A stretch of 58,980 nucleotides of DNA from a virus (taxonomy: Duplodnaviria > Caudoviricetes). The notes beneath the pieces were generated by a model. It made no database searches, had not been told where the DNA came from, and worked only from the letters and a program-made list of their open reading frames with translations. The stretch spans positions 1 through 58,980 of the IMG/VR virus record IMGVR_UViG_3300020347_000005; one strand, 5' to 3'. This document shows positions 29,787 to 39,805 of the stretch, piece after piece. Made by a program: the position numbers and the translations under genes. Positions within the stretch are counted from its first letter, which is position 1, and each line of letters starts with the position of its first letter.

Positions 29787-30835
29787 ATTCCTTTAAATAA
29801 ATTTTCAAAAATCTTTCTTGCTTTCTTATTATCTTCTCCTTTAAATCTGTTATCAATTTCTTTATTAATAAGTTCTTTTGCATCTAAAGAAGATGATTCT
29901 TCATCAATTTCACCATAATCAGATTCGATAGGAAAAATATTCAACATCCTTGCGTTTTCTCCTATCTTATGAAATATTTTTGTTAATTTTGATGAATGTG
30001 TAGATAACAGTTTTTCTTTAATGTTTATATCTACAAAATTATTTTTACTTTGTTCATTGATATTCATCATTTGTTCTTTACTAATTTCATCAATAGTAAA
30101 TTGAATAAATTTAGGGGAAATGTTATTTTCATAAAATGTTTCTTTTCCTGTTTCTAAGTCTAATACAAACATACCTTTTGAATTGCCAGAATCTCCTCTT
30201 GTAATTTGATAAGGTGTACCTACTACATTAATATTTCCTTTTTGCTGTGACCAATGAATGTGTCCGGTATAAACTTTTTTATAACCATCAGCACTTTTAG
30301 GATTTGCACCATCGTTTTTATCAATTTTAACGTACTTGTTATATTTGATTAGTGAAAATGTTCCATGCATAAATGCATATTGACAGGAATGTTCTTTTTG
30401 ATATTTTTGTAAAGTTTCGGCCTCTTCCTTTACATCTTTTTGCCATGGCATCATTAAAAACTTAATGCTATCATGTTCTAAAACATTAACATCTTTATGT
30501 ACAGTAACATTTGGAATATATTTTAGTATATCTAAACTTGATATTTCAGTACTTGTTTTATAATAGATATCGTGATTTCCAGCAATGATATGAACAGGAC
30601 CAATTTCACTTAGTTCTTCAAAAATCTTGATACCTAAATCCATAGATTTAACATTGATGGATGTTCTGTTATCGAAAACATCACCACAATTTATTATGAT
30701 ATCACCTGGTTTGAAATGTTTTTTAATAGTTGGAATAATGAATTTAAAATGTGCCTCTTCCATTATATCCATCCATTCTGTTGAATTTGACCTAGCACCT
30801 AAATGTGGGTCGGTAAAAATGAATACTTTTGACAT
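29783..30835 (-). CDS. gp47: Recombination endonuclease nuclease subunit (Mre11/SbcD-like)
   Basis: DPHLG, GDVFDNR, GNHD, GHIH, GTPYQITRGD. Confidence 0.95.
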   Translation of the reverse strand: MSKVFIFTDPHLGARSNSTEWMDIMEEAHFKFIIPTIKKHFKPGDIIINCGDVFDNRTSINVKSMDLGIKIFEELSEIGPVHIIAGNHDIYYKTSTEISSLDILKYIPNVTVHKDVNVLEHDSIKFLMMPWQKDVKEEAETLQKYQKEHSCQYAFMHGTFSLIKYNKYVKIDKNDGANPKSADGYKKVYTGHIHWSQQKGNINVVGTPYQITRGDSGNSKGMFVLDLETGKETFYENNISPKFIQFTIDEISKEQMMNINEQSKNNFVDINIKEKLLSTHSSKLTKIFHKIGENARMLNIFPIESDYGEIDEESSSLDAKELINKEIDNRFKGEDNKKARKIFENLFKGI

Positions 30836-30837
30836 AT

Positions 30838-31314
30838 TTAAAATAATTTATTATCTTTGTATAGGTTAGCGTTTTTTAATTCATCTAACAATTCTCCCTT
30901 AAATTTAATAGAAAGGTTTTTGTAGAAATACTTAGTTTCCTTTTCGTTTAGATTAATGTATTCTGTAATTAAAGCAAACATTTCTATCTTTGTTAATCTG
31001 GATAAATGTACGTTTGTTTTTAAAAGAATCATACAATAAGCATAAATCTTATTAACCTTTTCGATAGGTAAATTTATAGTTCTTTCTAATGGAATATCAT
31101 CAATTATTTGTTTTATTGTTTCGTTGTCTTGTATTGATAATTCCATTTCTTCTAAATCTAACCTCTTACTTACAGATTCTTGTGAATTGTTCGAATACAT
31201 TTTACTGCCGGTATCCGGTTCGAATGATATTGCAGTAGTATTCATTTCCCCACTTAAATACCTTTCTTGTAGATAGTAGTTTGTTTGTTTATTTGATTTC
31301 TTTTCGTCTGACAT
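30838..31314 (-). CDS. Hypothetical protein; weak resemblance to late co-activator gp33 in C-terminal half
   Basis: ITEYINLN...NLSIKFKGELLDELKNANLYKDNKLF loosely fits the gp33 pattern. Confidence refers to the functional call. Confidence 0.35.
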   Translation of the reverse strand: MSDEKKSNKQTNYYLQERYLSGEMNTTAISFEPDTGSKMYSNNSQESVSKRLDLEEMELSIQDNETIKQIIDDIPLERTINLPIEKVNKIYAYCMILLKTNVHLSRLTKIEMFALITEYINLNEKETKYFYKNLSIKFKGELLDELKNANLYKDNKLF

Positions 31315-31362
31315 ATAGGTTTTTAATTATACTTATTAAATGCTTTTTTTAGATGAAATATT

Positions 31363-32667
31363 TTAAATCTCTTCATCGAAGATTACAGTATTAGTTTCTT
31401 GAAGTCTCATATAGTCATAGTCTATGTTTATTTTACACTTCATTCCTTTACCTTGACCATCTCTTACTTTCAAAAGTTTCAACCAATAATATCCATCAAG
31501 ATTCATTTCAGGTGTTTGGATGATTGCTAAGATAGTATCACAAGTTGCGGCTAATCCAGCTGATTCTGCAATCATTCCCATATTAATGTTTGATGATTCA
31601 AATCCTGCTCTATTTGTTTGGGTCGCACTTAGTAGTACTACGTTTCTTCTTTGAGCAACAGCTCTTAAATCTTCACAAATGTTTTTTATTTTAAGATACG
31701 TAGATTCCGAATTAGGATTTCTTTTATCTTTCATAATATTAATATAATCAACTAAAATTACATCATATTCTATTCCGGTAACATCTTGAACTTTGCCAAT
31801 AAAATTATCAATGTCATCAGCAGTCGCATTACTTGTTTCGTAATTTTTAACAGTCAATGCTCCAGGTGTAACTATATTACTATTCTTGAAATCTTGAATC
31901 TTTTGTTTCATAAAAGTTTCATCTAATGATTTCTTATCGTATGCGTTTACATTCATATTGAATATATCAGCACCTATTCTTTTATGCACTTTTTGACCTC
32001 CCATTTCAAGTGATATAAACAATACGTTTTTACCAGCTTTACAATAATTTGAAGCATCTTGTGCTAAGAATAAAGACTTTCCTGTATTCGGTGGTGCAAC
32101 ATAAACATTCAATGTACCTTTAGAGTGACCACCTACGTTCTTATCAATGAAATCATAATTAGAACTTAATAAATCTTGTGCATTCATAATATGCGATTTA
32201 GTATCAAAAAAGTCTGTACCTAAATCATCATCAAATGTAATGTTGTTTCTACCGTTTATTAAGTTCTTAACCGAATCGACAATATCACCTACGTTTTCTG
32301 GTGTTACCTTTGCAGTATTAATATATTCGACTGTATCAACAATAGAAGAATCTAAATGTTTCCACTTAATCCACGACTGTGCAGTTTCTTCTACCCAATC
32401 AATATCATATTCTTTTATATCTTTTTTAAAGATTTCATCAAAGAATATTTTAGGACATCTTTCTTCCAGTTCTCCGGTTGAAATAAGCATCCATAAGTTT
32501 TCTTTGGATGGAGATATCTTATATTTTTTGTAATATCTTTTTGATAAAGTTGATAGTAAATCTATTTCGGGTACAGAAAAGAAACCTCTTTCAGTTGGTT
32601 CTAAGTAGACCGGATTTTCTAATGCGAATAGTAAAAATATCTTTTCGAATTCGTTTGTGTTTATCAT
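31363..32667 (-). CDS. gp41: Replicative DnaB-like helicase
   Basis: APPNTGKS, ISLEM, ILVDYINIM, SATQTNR, AESAGL, KVRDG. Confidence 0.95.
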   Translation of the reverse strand: MINTNEFEKIFLLFALENPVYLEPTERGFFSVPEIDLLSTLSKRYYKKYKISPSKENLWMLISTGELEERCPKIFFDEIFKKDIKEYDIDWVEETAQSWIKWKHLDSSIVDTVEYINTAKVTPENVGDIVDSVKNLINGRNNITFDDDLGTDFFDTKSHIMNAQDLLSSNYDFIDKNVGGHSKGTLNVYVAPPNTGKSLFLAQDASNYCKAGKNVLFISLEMGGQKVHKRIGADIFNMNVNAYDKKSLDETFMKQKIQDFKNSNIVTPGALTVKNYETSNATADDIDNFIGKVQDVTGIEYDVILVDYINIMKDKRNPNSESTYLKIKNICEDLRAVAQRRNVVLLSATQTNRAGFESSNINMGMIAESAGLAATCDTILAIIQTPEMNLDGYYWLKLLKVRDGQGKGMKCKINIDYDYMRLQETNTVIFDEEI

Positions 32668-32691
32668 ACAATTTTATTTGTATATTACAAC

Positions 32692-32720
32692 AAAAAAAAG
32701 ACTAAAAAATTTTAGTCTTC
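32692..32720 (-). terminator. Intrinsic terminator closing the leader-gene cassette
   Basis: AAGACTAAA-loop-TTTAGTCTTTTTTTT. Confidence 0.7.
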
Positions 32721-32743
32721 TAATTATAAATATTTATATGATT

Positions 32744-33133
32744 CTATTCCATTATTCCTTTTATGTCAAACCCTGGAAGATACTTTTTTGCAAATTCATC
32801 AAATACGAATAATATATCATATCCATCCCATTTCAACATTTTTGCATATCCTATACCTCTTTCTCTAAGACTTTTATCCCAATATTCTTTATTACTAGCC
32901 ATCCTATCATCCAATTTGGCCTTTGGAAATATAGAATCTAATATTCCAGCTTCTGAATGAAAGTTTGCATCTATTAATGCAGCTTTCAATATTGCTTTAA
33001 ATGAATATTGTAAATCCGTAGAACCTTTTTCTTCAGTTCCTAAATAAGATTCTAAGTCAGACAAAACTTTTTTACTATTTCTAGCTTCGTTTAAAGATTC
33101 GTTTTCTGTTAAGTAATGTTTTAAGTTATTCAT
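32744..33133 (-). CDS. Hypothetical protein with variant leader
   Basis: MNNLKHYLTENESLNEAR. Confidence 0.65.
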   Translation of the reverse strand: MNNLKHYLTENESLNEARNSKKVLSDLESYLGTEEKGSTDLQYSFKAILKAALIDANFHSEAGILDSIFPKAKLDDRMASNKEYWDKSLRERGIGYAKMLKWDGYDILFVFDEFAKKYLPGFDIKGIME

Positions 33134-33146
33134 AGTTGTAATTTTT

Positions 33147-33728
33147 TTAATCTAATGAACCGAATTTTCCTTTGCCCATATCACTTGCAAAATCTCTTGA
33201 ACCTTGCGAACTTAATTTAATATAGTAAGAATCTGTTGCTTTTCCACCTCTACCAAAATAAGACTTCAATTGAAAAGTATCAATTGCTTTTGCATCTTTA
33301 CCTTTAAGAGTTTCTTTTAATGTTTTTTCAACCTCTTTTCTCCAATTTTTATCCGTAGGTTCAATTTTAATACTTTGACTTGCAAATGTCTTTAAATCAA
33401 CAGGAACACTTATTGATGAAATTGTATCCGGTAATTTCTTAATTGCTTTCAATAAATCTTTTAAAGATTTACCTTCGGATTCAAATCCTTCGTTAATACT
33501 TTCTTTAAGTTCAACCATATTCATACCAACAACTTGTTCTGGTTTAATAATACCACCATCAAATTCAATCGGTTCAATGATTATTCTTTTAGTACCGTTG
33601 TTAACATTAACAACTTTATATTCCATATCTTTTTCTGATGGGTCATCTAAGTATTCATCTTTGATAGTAACAATACTACCTTCCTTAAATTTCTTTCCTT
33701 CGTTTAAAAATTCGTTTAATGCTTTCAT
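33147..33728 (-). CDS. Hypothetical two-domain protein with leader
   Basis: MKALNEFLNEGK; internal LKESINE-G separates an SH3-like N-part from a second domain. Confidence 0.7.
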   Translation of the reverse strand: MKALNEFLNEGKKFKEGSIVTIKDEYLDDPSEKDMEYKVVNVNNGTKRIIIEPIEFDGGIIKPEQVVGMNMVELKESINEGFESEGKSLKDLLKAIKKLPDTISSISVPVDLKTFASQSIKIEPTDKNWRKEVEKTLKETLKGKDAKAIDTFQLKSYFGRGGKATDSYYIKLSSQGSRDFASDMGKGKFGSLD

Positions 33729-33731
33729 ATC

Positions 33732-34034
33732 TTATAACTTATTTACTATTTGTTCTTCGAATTCACTTCTACTTATAGAAAAAATCAATCCACCTCTTAC
33801 ATTAACATCATCATATTTAAAAGTAAATCCTGTTTGATTTTTGATATGATATTCTATTTCATCTATTTGATTTTCTTTGTCTGCGTTGACCCTATCAAAA
33901 TCTTTAGATGTTTTAGGTAAATATTGAAATACAATATCATTTCTACCACTAGTATCCATAGTAATTAGATAAGTAACACCACCATATACAAATGTTTTCA
34001 TCTTTTCGTTTAAAAAATTATTTAATTGTTTCAT
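33732..34034 (-). CDS. Hypothetical protein with leader
   Basis: MKQLNNFLNEK. Confidence 0.7.
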   Translation of the reverse strand: MKQLNNFLNEKMKTFVYGGVTYLITMDTSGRNDIVFQYLPKTSKDFDRVNADKENQIDEIEYHIKNQTGFTFKYDDVNVRGGLIFSISRSEFEEQIVNKL

Positions 34035-34035
34035 A

Positions 34036-34332
34036 TTAATATCCTAATTTTGATTTATCGAATTTGGGGTCAATTTTGTAGTTAGAAAAGTTTGATATAT
34101 CTTTTTTTCTACCGAACAATACATAATCTACAAAATCTTTTGCTGTTACTAGTTGTTGTAAAGCATCATCAATATCCGATGGTATAACATCACCAAATAA
34201 ATCTTTTCTTAGTTCTTTATATTGTTTGAAAGTCTTAAAAGATTCTCCTTTTGATAATTTGTGTAGTTTAATCAAATCTTCTTTAGTAAATTTTTCTTTT
34301 CTTTCGTTTAAAAATTCGTTTAATGCTTTCAT
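34036..34332 (-). CDS. Hypothetical protein with leader
   Basis: MKALNEFLNER. Confidence 0.7.
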   Translation of the reverse strand: MKALNEFLNERKEKFTKEDLIKLHKLSKGESFKTFKQYKELRKDLFGDVIPSDIDDALQQLVTAKDFVDYVLFGRKKDISNFSNYKIDPKFDKSKLGY

Positions 34333-34634
34333 ATACTATTTACGATTTGATTAGCGATTGTTTTCATATCATCTCCAGAAATATAATTTCCAGTAGCATA
34401 ACCACCAGTATTAACATAACTTTGCAATAGATTTACAATCCATTGAACATCGGTAGATGATAAATATTCACCAATTTCATTAGCAATTTTTTGAATGTCG
34501 GTTTCTGGAATATAAAGTCCTTTTTCTGTTTTAAGAGTTGAATATGCATTAGTAGAGAAAGAATCTAATATCATTCTAACCCTTTTTTTATCTTTATTTT
34601 TACCTTCGTTTAAAAAATTATTTAATTGTTTCAT
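34329..34634 (-). CDS. Hypothetical protein with leader
   Basis: MKQLNNFLNEGK; late promoter 4 nt upstream. Confidence 0.7.
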   Translation of the reverse strand: MKQLNNFLNEGKNKDKKRVRMILDSFSTNAYSTLKTEKGLYIPETDIQKIANEIGEYLSSTDVQWIVNLLQSYVNTGGYATGNYISGDDMKTIANQIVNSI

Positions 34635-34638
34635 AGAC

Positions 34639-34696
34639 TATTTAATACGATTATAAGATACAAAAAAAATTCCACAAATCAAAGAAATGTGGAACT
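34639..34696 (-). terminator. uvsX terminator (34662-34696) followed by late promoter ATTAAATA (34639-34646)
   Basis: TTCCACA...TGTGGAA stem with U8 tract, then the octamer. Confidence 0.7.
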
Positions 34697-34717
34697 TATT
34701 ATTAAAATTATTTTATT

Positions 34718-35932
34718 TTATTCGTCTAATTCAGAAGTATCAATTAAATCTTCAATTTCATCATCTGTTTCTTGTGAACTAAATTCAAAGTCCTTTTTGA
34801 TGAGTTCATCGAAACGGTCCTCTAAGGGTTGCATTACTCTTTCACTAAACAAATCTCTAGTATCAATTGCTTCACCTAAATGTTCAACAATATATTTTCT
34901 CGCTGTTTCTTTAGGTGCAAAATACATAACCTCTTCACTATCAGTAGGTGTAAATATTTTTACCTTTTCCTTTGCAGCTCCTGTAAGTTTATTGTATTCT
35001 TTTTCTGTTAGTAAGTTTCCTTTTGCAATACCTACATTATCCCATCCTAAATAATCTTGAACGCCCATATAACGATTAAATGGTCTATCAAAGAAAATAG
35101 GGAACTTGATTGTTTTTGGTTGAGCAAATCTATTCTTTCCAGTTTTAGCTGTTACAATAACACCCGTTTGTCTTTTCTCATCTTTCTTATCATCTTTAAG
35201 TTTTGCTTTAGATAGATACAAGGTGATACTTGGTGAATAAACAACTCCTCCTCCACCACCTTGAACAACCGGGTCTCCATAACCACCAATGTTTACCATT
35301 GTATGATTTGTAAATATCATTGGAATACCTAATGAATTCAAATCAGAAGTAATGATTCTAAAGAAAGAACGAATTTGTTTTGCTCTAGTCATATCTGCAG
35401 CACTGTTTCCTGTTCTTGCATCTTCGATTTCTTTTGATGATGCAACCATTCCTATTGAATCAAGAACTAATAAAAACTTAGGAATTTTTTGACCTTTCAA
35501 TTTTAATGCTGTCAAGTTCTTAATGAAAATAGCATACATCGTTTTTAACTTTTCGATTTCTGAAACAGGTTCATGTCTAAAGTTTTTCAAATCAATTCCA
35601 AAATTTATACAACTTTGAGGGTCAACTGCCCCTTCGGTATCGTAGTAAATTGGTGTGTATCCGGCTAATTGTGCATTCCTTACAGCATTAAGTGTTAAGA
35701 ATGTTTTACCAGACCCAGATTCTCCAACTAAAGAGGATTGTTTAGTACTTGGAAATCCTTTTTTAATAGAACCACTTAGGGCCGCATTTAAAATCCAATT
35801 ACCAGAATCAATCCAAACATTGTTTTTATAAATTTCAGATTGACCAAAATTACTACTACCAAAAGGATTAATTTCCCCAAGTTCTTTGAAAATATCATCA
35901 ACTGAACTATGTTTTTTACTTGTTTTTGCCAT
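34718..35932 (-). CDS. uvsX: RecA-like recombinase
   Basis: GESGSGKT, YYDTEGA, LDSIG, DMTRAKQIRS, FTNHT, GGGG. Confidence 0.95.
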   Translation of the reverse strand: MAKTSKKHSSVDDIFKELGEINPFGSSNFGQSEIYKNNVWIDSGNWILNAALSGSIKKGFPSTKQSSLVGESGSGKTFLTLNAVRNAQLAGYTPIYYDTEGAVDPQSCINFGIDLKNFRHEPVSEIEKLKTMYAIFIKNLTALKLKGQKIPKFLLVLDSIGMVASSKEIEDARTGNSAADMTRAKQIRSFFRIITSDLNSLGIPMIFTNHTMVNIGGYGDPVVQGGGGGVVYSPSITLYLSKAKLKDDKKDEKRQTGVIVTAKTGKNRFAQPKTIKFPIFFDRPFNRYMGVQDYLGWDNVGIAKGNLLTEKEYNKLTGAAKEKVKIFTPTDSEEVMYFAPKETARKYIVEHLGEAIDTRDLFSERVMQPLEDRFDELIKKDFEFSSQETDDEIEDLIDTSELDE

Positions 35933-35945
35933 ATTATAAATTATT

Positions 35946-37166
35946 TTAAAATAAACGTTTTTTAATTTTCAACGAACCTGACAATGCATTTATACCAGGC
36001 ATCGACTGAATAATATTGTTCAATGGATTAATAACTGTTTTTTCGAACATTAAATCAATATCAATTTCGGGTGCAAATTCTTTAGGATGCGCTCCTCTAT
36101 TGAAAGAAAATACGTTATATGCTTCTTTGTGTGCTTTTGCATAATACCATTTAACCTTATCTCCAGTTCTAAGTCTTTCGTACTTATTTTCAAAAGATGG
36201 ATTGTTGTTAATAAACATATTGTGAATTGCAGCACCTCTAACATGCGTACTACAACCACTTGCATAATTTAAACTTTCTTTATCGTCTAAAATATATTTT
36301 TCGTAATCACCTATTCCGGTTGTAATACAAATATCTTCTAAGTCAGCAATTGCAAATCTTTTTTTCAATTTCAATAATTCAATAGTAATATCTCTTTGTG
36401 TGAAATTTTTACCATTGTCAAATATCCATTGAACTAATTTAGACAATTCCGGTCTACAAAAAGGCGGTGTTGTTAAACGAATAATTTCAAGTCCTGTCGT
36501 TTTTGTATAAGTACCTGGTTCGTAGAACTTACCATCTTGCCAGACAATATCTTGTGTGTATTTTTTCTTTTTAACCCAAATACCAGATTTACTTATAGTT
36601 TCTAATTCAAAATCTAAATAATTTTCAGTGTTGTAAGATTGTGCATATTTATCAAATACCTTTTTTAGATAATTTTTTAACCTAAATTCGTTTATTGTTA
36701 ATATAAAATCAGCAGCAGAACCCGTCCAATTTATTTTTTCTGCAGCCTCTTCAAAGGTAACATAAGCCGAATCGGTATCCATATAAACAACAGTAGGTTT
36801 TACACAAGGAACTGGTTCTAAGTTTACATCAGGACATATATCTTTTAGTTTTTTCAAAAGAGCAATATCTTTGTGAAACATTTTATGAAAGTAAGTATCT
36901 AATGCTTTTTCAGAATATCTAATTGCATCTTGACCTTGCATAGTAATTGTTTCAGCAAGTGTTTTATTATAGAAATAAAAATACTTACTGGCCATCGCAC
37001 CGTATATAGAATTCAATACTAATTTATTGGATTGTTCTAGTGTTGAATATATATTTGCTTCATCTTGTAATTGAGATAGAACCGAATCGGTTTCAGATGG
37101 AGATAGAGAACTCCAATCGAAATTCTCTATCTCTTCTGTTGACATATTTTGAATAGTTGCTGTCAT
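35946..37166 (-). CDS. gp43B: Family B DNA polymerase, C-terminal subunit (fingers/palm/thumb)
   Basis: KLVLNSIYG (motif B), YMDTDS (motif C), KKKY, TGLEIIRLTTP. Confidence 0.93.
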   Translation of the reverse strand: MTATIQNMSTEEIENFDWSSLSPSETDSVLSQLQDEANIYSTLEQSNKLVLNSIYGAMASKYFYFYNKTLAETITMQGQDAIRYSEKALDTYFHKMFHKDIALLKKLKDICPDVNLEPVPCVKPTVVYMDTDSAYVTFEEAAEKINWTGSAADFILTINEFRLKNYLKKVFDKYAQSYNTENYLDFELETISKSGIWVKKKKYTQDIVWQDGKFYEPGTYTKTTGLEIIRLTTPPFCRPELSKLVQWIFDNGKNFTQRDITIELLKLKKRFAIADLEDICITTGIGDYEKYILDDKESLNYASGCSTHVRGAAIHNMFINNNPSFENKYERLRTGDKVKWYYAKAHKEAYNVFSFNRGAHPKEFAPEIDIDLMFEKTVINPLNNIIQSMPGINALSGSLKIKKRLF

Positions 37167-37948
37167 TAAAGTTCAACTTCTTCATGTAACGTAATAACTA
37201 CTTCCATAGTTTTGTCAATTGTTTCAAAGATAATCTTATCTTCATCTAAGATTGGATAAACATTATATGAATTTGCATCAACAGCTCTGAATAATTTCTT
37301 ATCTAACTTATAAGATTTTTCTCCACCTTGATTAAGTCCTTCGAATTCTTCATCTATATCAATAGAATATGAACCTTCTGAACAAACCTTTACTTGACCG
37401 TTGACTTTAAATTCTAATTCATCACTTGAATCAAAATCCATAAATTTCTTAACTTGCAAGATTTCGTTTGCAGTCATTTTAAATTTACAGTCAGAAGATG
37501 ATGTATCTTTTACTTCTGCAATCTTTTCTTCTGGAACATTTGCAAATTCAAAAAGAGTTGGGTCTGCAGCATCTAATGTTAATGAAATTTTAGGACTGGA
37601 AACTTTCATAGTTTCACCAAAATATTCTCCATCTAATTCAGAATACACAATTTCAACTTTAATTTCACCACCACTTAGAAAACTAAATGCTTTCTTTACT
37701 TTGTTACCATCATAGAAACAAAGTTTAATTGGTGATGATAATCCATCTAAATTTGATTCACCACATAATTCTCCTATTTGCATTCTCATACTTTTGATAA
37801 GTGTTCCAGATGAATTATGTGCATCTGTTCTGATTCCTTCTTGGTCTATTTTGAAATAGATAGTTGAGGCTTCATCTAAAGGAATTAACGAATCTATAAA
37901 GTTATTGAACTTTACTAAATCTACGGTTTTTAATATTACTTTCTTCAT
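37166..37948 (-). CDS. gp45: Sliding clamp (gp45/PCNA-like)
   Basis: 260-aa acidic protein with two-domain clamp size and central AADPTL linker; located within the polymerase locus. Confidence 0.65.
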   Translation of the reverse strand: MKKVILKTVDLVKFNNFIDSLIPLDEASTIYFKIDQEGIRTDAHNSSGTLIKSMRMQIGELCGESNLDGLSSPIKLCFYDGNKVKKAFSFLSGGEIKVEIVYSELDGEYFGETMKVSSPKISLTLDAADPTLFEFANVPEEKIAEVKDTSSSDCKFKMTANEILQVKKFMDFDSSDELEFKVNGQVKVCSEGSYSIDIDEEFEGLNQGGEKSYKLDKKLFRAVDANSYNVYPILDEDKIIFETIDKTMEVVITLHEEVEL

Positions 37949-37979
37949 GCTAAATGTATTTGTTTATAGTTAAATGTAA

Positions 37980-39488
37980 TTATTTACGGTTTTGTTTTAT
38001 TTCATGTGCTATTTTTGCACATAATTTTGAACGATATTGATTTTTCTTTCTATCGGTATACAATTCATCATATACTCCTTTCAATGTTGATTCTCCTTTT
38101 TTGAATACACAGCCAGATACTGAAATGATTTCATCGTTCTTAGGTCTTTCTATTTTAGAAGTTATTGGTTTGTATTTACTGTAATATTTTAGGTTATTTG
38201 TTTCCTTTCTATCAAAGTTTTCAAAACCTAATTCTAAGAAACGAGAAATTGATGGATACAGTGAACTAAAATCATAACAAGCTGTTAATTCATGCAGTCC
38301 AGCAATAGGTGATTTTACATAAGCTCCTTCGTACCATTCTTTTTCTCTTTGTGATATATCAATATTTGGTAAAACTTTTCCATTTTCTATATATGCCTTA
38401 GACATATATCCTTCGGTAACATTTACAGCAGAATCGGCCTTGTCTATTGGATTACAAGAACCATTTCCTTGTGCCAAGATTGCAGAAAACGGTTGTCTTC
38501 TTTCGTGAATCAATAGAACAAGAATAGTATCGACTGCGTTATAAAGACAATATGTATCATAATCTTTGTCGTACATCTCTTTTAATACAGCACCATTCAT
38601 TGCTGGATAATTTCCATACTTCAACTTTTTTACCTTTAATACTTGCGAAGAAATAAAATCTAAACTTTTAGATTCCTTTATTTTTATACTTCTATCGAAC
38701 GCATCAAAGTAATACATATAATCAATAACTGAAAAGTGGTGGGGAACTTTACCTACATCTTTTTTGTTGTTTAATTTGTTGGTAGGAGAAATAGATTTAT
38801 AATCAACTTTAAGGTTATCCATTCTTTTAGTCAAGAAAGGCCAATCAAATCCGTTGTTATTCATCCAATTTTGTCTGAATGTATTTATAAAGTTCCATCC
38901 TGTTATAACGTGAAATTTTGAACATATCTTTACAAAAGATTCTAAAAGTTTTACTTCATCCGGAATATGAATATATTTTAGTATTATTTTCAAATCAGTT
39001 ACTTTAGAAAAGTAATCGGATAAGAATTCGTTCATTTTCTTTTGCTTATCGTAATCAAAATTTTCTTTTTCTCCTAATATAACAACTTGAATTTTATTAT
39101 TGTCATCTTTCCAACAAACAGTTATTGCAGTTATTTTTTCTTTTGCTACGGTTACATCCGGGAATCCATCGTGAATATCTGTTTCAATATCGCAAAATAA
39201 AATCTTAGGCATATTGAATTCATACAATATCTTTTTATATTCGGGATGTGTATTAATCCATTCCCAAATACTTTTTTTATCAATTGTATCGTTATCTTTG
39301 TAAGAAATTCTTACTACTCTTTTATCATCCCAAGATTTATATTTGATGTCGGCATTAGGACCTTCATAATATCTCCATTTCCAGAAGTCTCTTTTTTTAA
39401 CAGACAAAATTTGTCTATTTCTATCAGAATCAATATAAGAAATTTTGACAGTATCCGAATATCTGTTTTGTTCTATGTCTAATATCAT
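37980..39488 (-). CDS. gp43A: Family B DNA polymerase, N-terminal subunit (exonuclease plus motif A)
   Basis: DIET (ExoI), TGWN...FDWPFL (ExoII), YNAVD (ExoIII), YEGAYVK, YDFSSLYPS. Confidence 0.93.
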   Translation of the reverse strand: MILDIEQNRYSDTVKISYIDSDRNRQILSVKKRDFWKWRYYEGPNADIKYKSWDDKRVVRISYKDNDTIDKKSIWEWINTHPEYKKILYEFNMPKILFCDIETDIHDGFPDVTVAKEKITAITVCWKDDNNKIQVVILGEKENFDYDKQKKMNEFLSDYFSKVTDLKIILKYIHIPDEVKLLESFVKICSKFHVITGWNFINTFRQNWMNNNGFDWPFLTKRMDNLKVDYKSISPTNKLNNKKDVGKVPHHFSVIDYMYYFDAFDRSIKIKESKSLDFISSQVLKVKKLKYGNYPAMNGAVLKEMYDKDYDTYCLYNAVDTILVLLIHERRQPFSAILAQGNGSCNPIDKADSAVNVTEGYMSKAYIENGKVLPNIDISQREKEWYEGAYVKSPIAGLHELTACYDFSSLYPSISRFLELGFENFDRKETNNLKYYSKYKPITSKIERPKNDEIISVSGCVFKKGESTLKGVYDELYTDRKKNQYRSKLCAKIAHEIKQNRK

Positions 39489-39736
39489 TTAGCATTTTCT
39501 TTTTCTTGTTCTTTAGTTTCGGTTTCGCTCAAAATACCGGCAGAATCACATAATGCAATTATAAATTCTACTGTTTCTTCGTGCAATTCGATAGTAACTT
39601 TTCCATTCTTTTTAAATCCTACTTTATTTTTTTGTGCATGTATCTCATTTTTAAGTGTTCCGAAAACATCAATAAACGAATTCACATCGTCATTGGTTAA
39701 TTGTAAATCTAAAATATTACTAATTCTTAGTTCCAT
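39485..39736 (-). CDS. Hypothetical protein
   Basis: 83 aa; overlaps the polymerase start by 4 nt. Confidence 0.65.
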   Translation of the reverse strand: MELRISNILDLQLTNDDVNSFIDVFGTLKNEIHAQKNKVGFKKNGKVTIELHEETVEFIIALCDSAGILSETETKEQEKENAK

Positions 39737-39805
39737 AAAAAATATTTGCTTTTATATACTTATTAAATAAGAAAGAGAGAAGATTTATTTTAAAGAATTT
39801 AAACA

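Noticed and set aside
34019-34026. ATTAAATA inside the MKQLNN leaders (also about 34619-34626)
   Set aside because: Arises from the Gln-Leu-Asn-Asn codons; cannot be supported as a promoter without TSS data.
33699-34634. 30-bp repeats spaced about 300 bp apart as CRISPR or integron attC sites
   Set aside because: They encode the first 10 codons of each gene, lack attC palindromy, and no integrase is present in the window.
37166-37979. Intron or homing endonuclease interrupting the polymerase
   Set aside because: No HNH, GIY-YIG or LAGLIDADG motif and almost no non-coding flank for a ribozyme.
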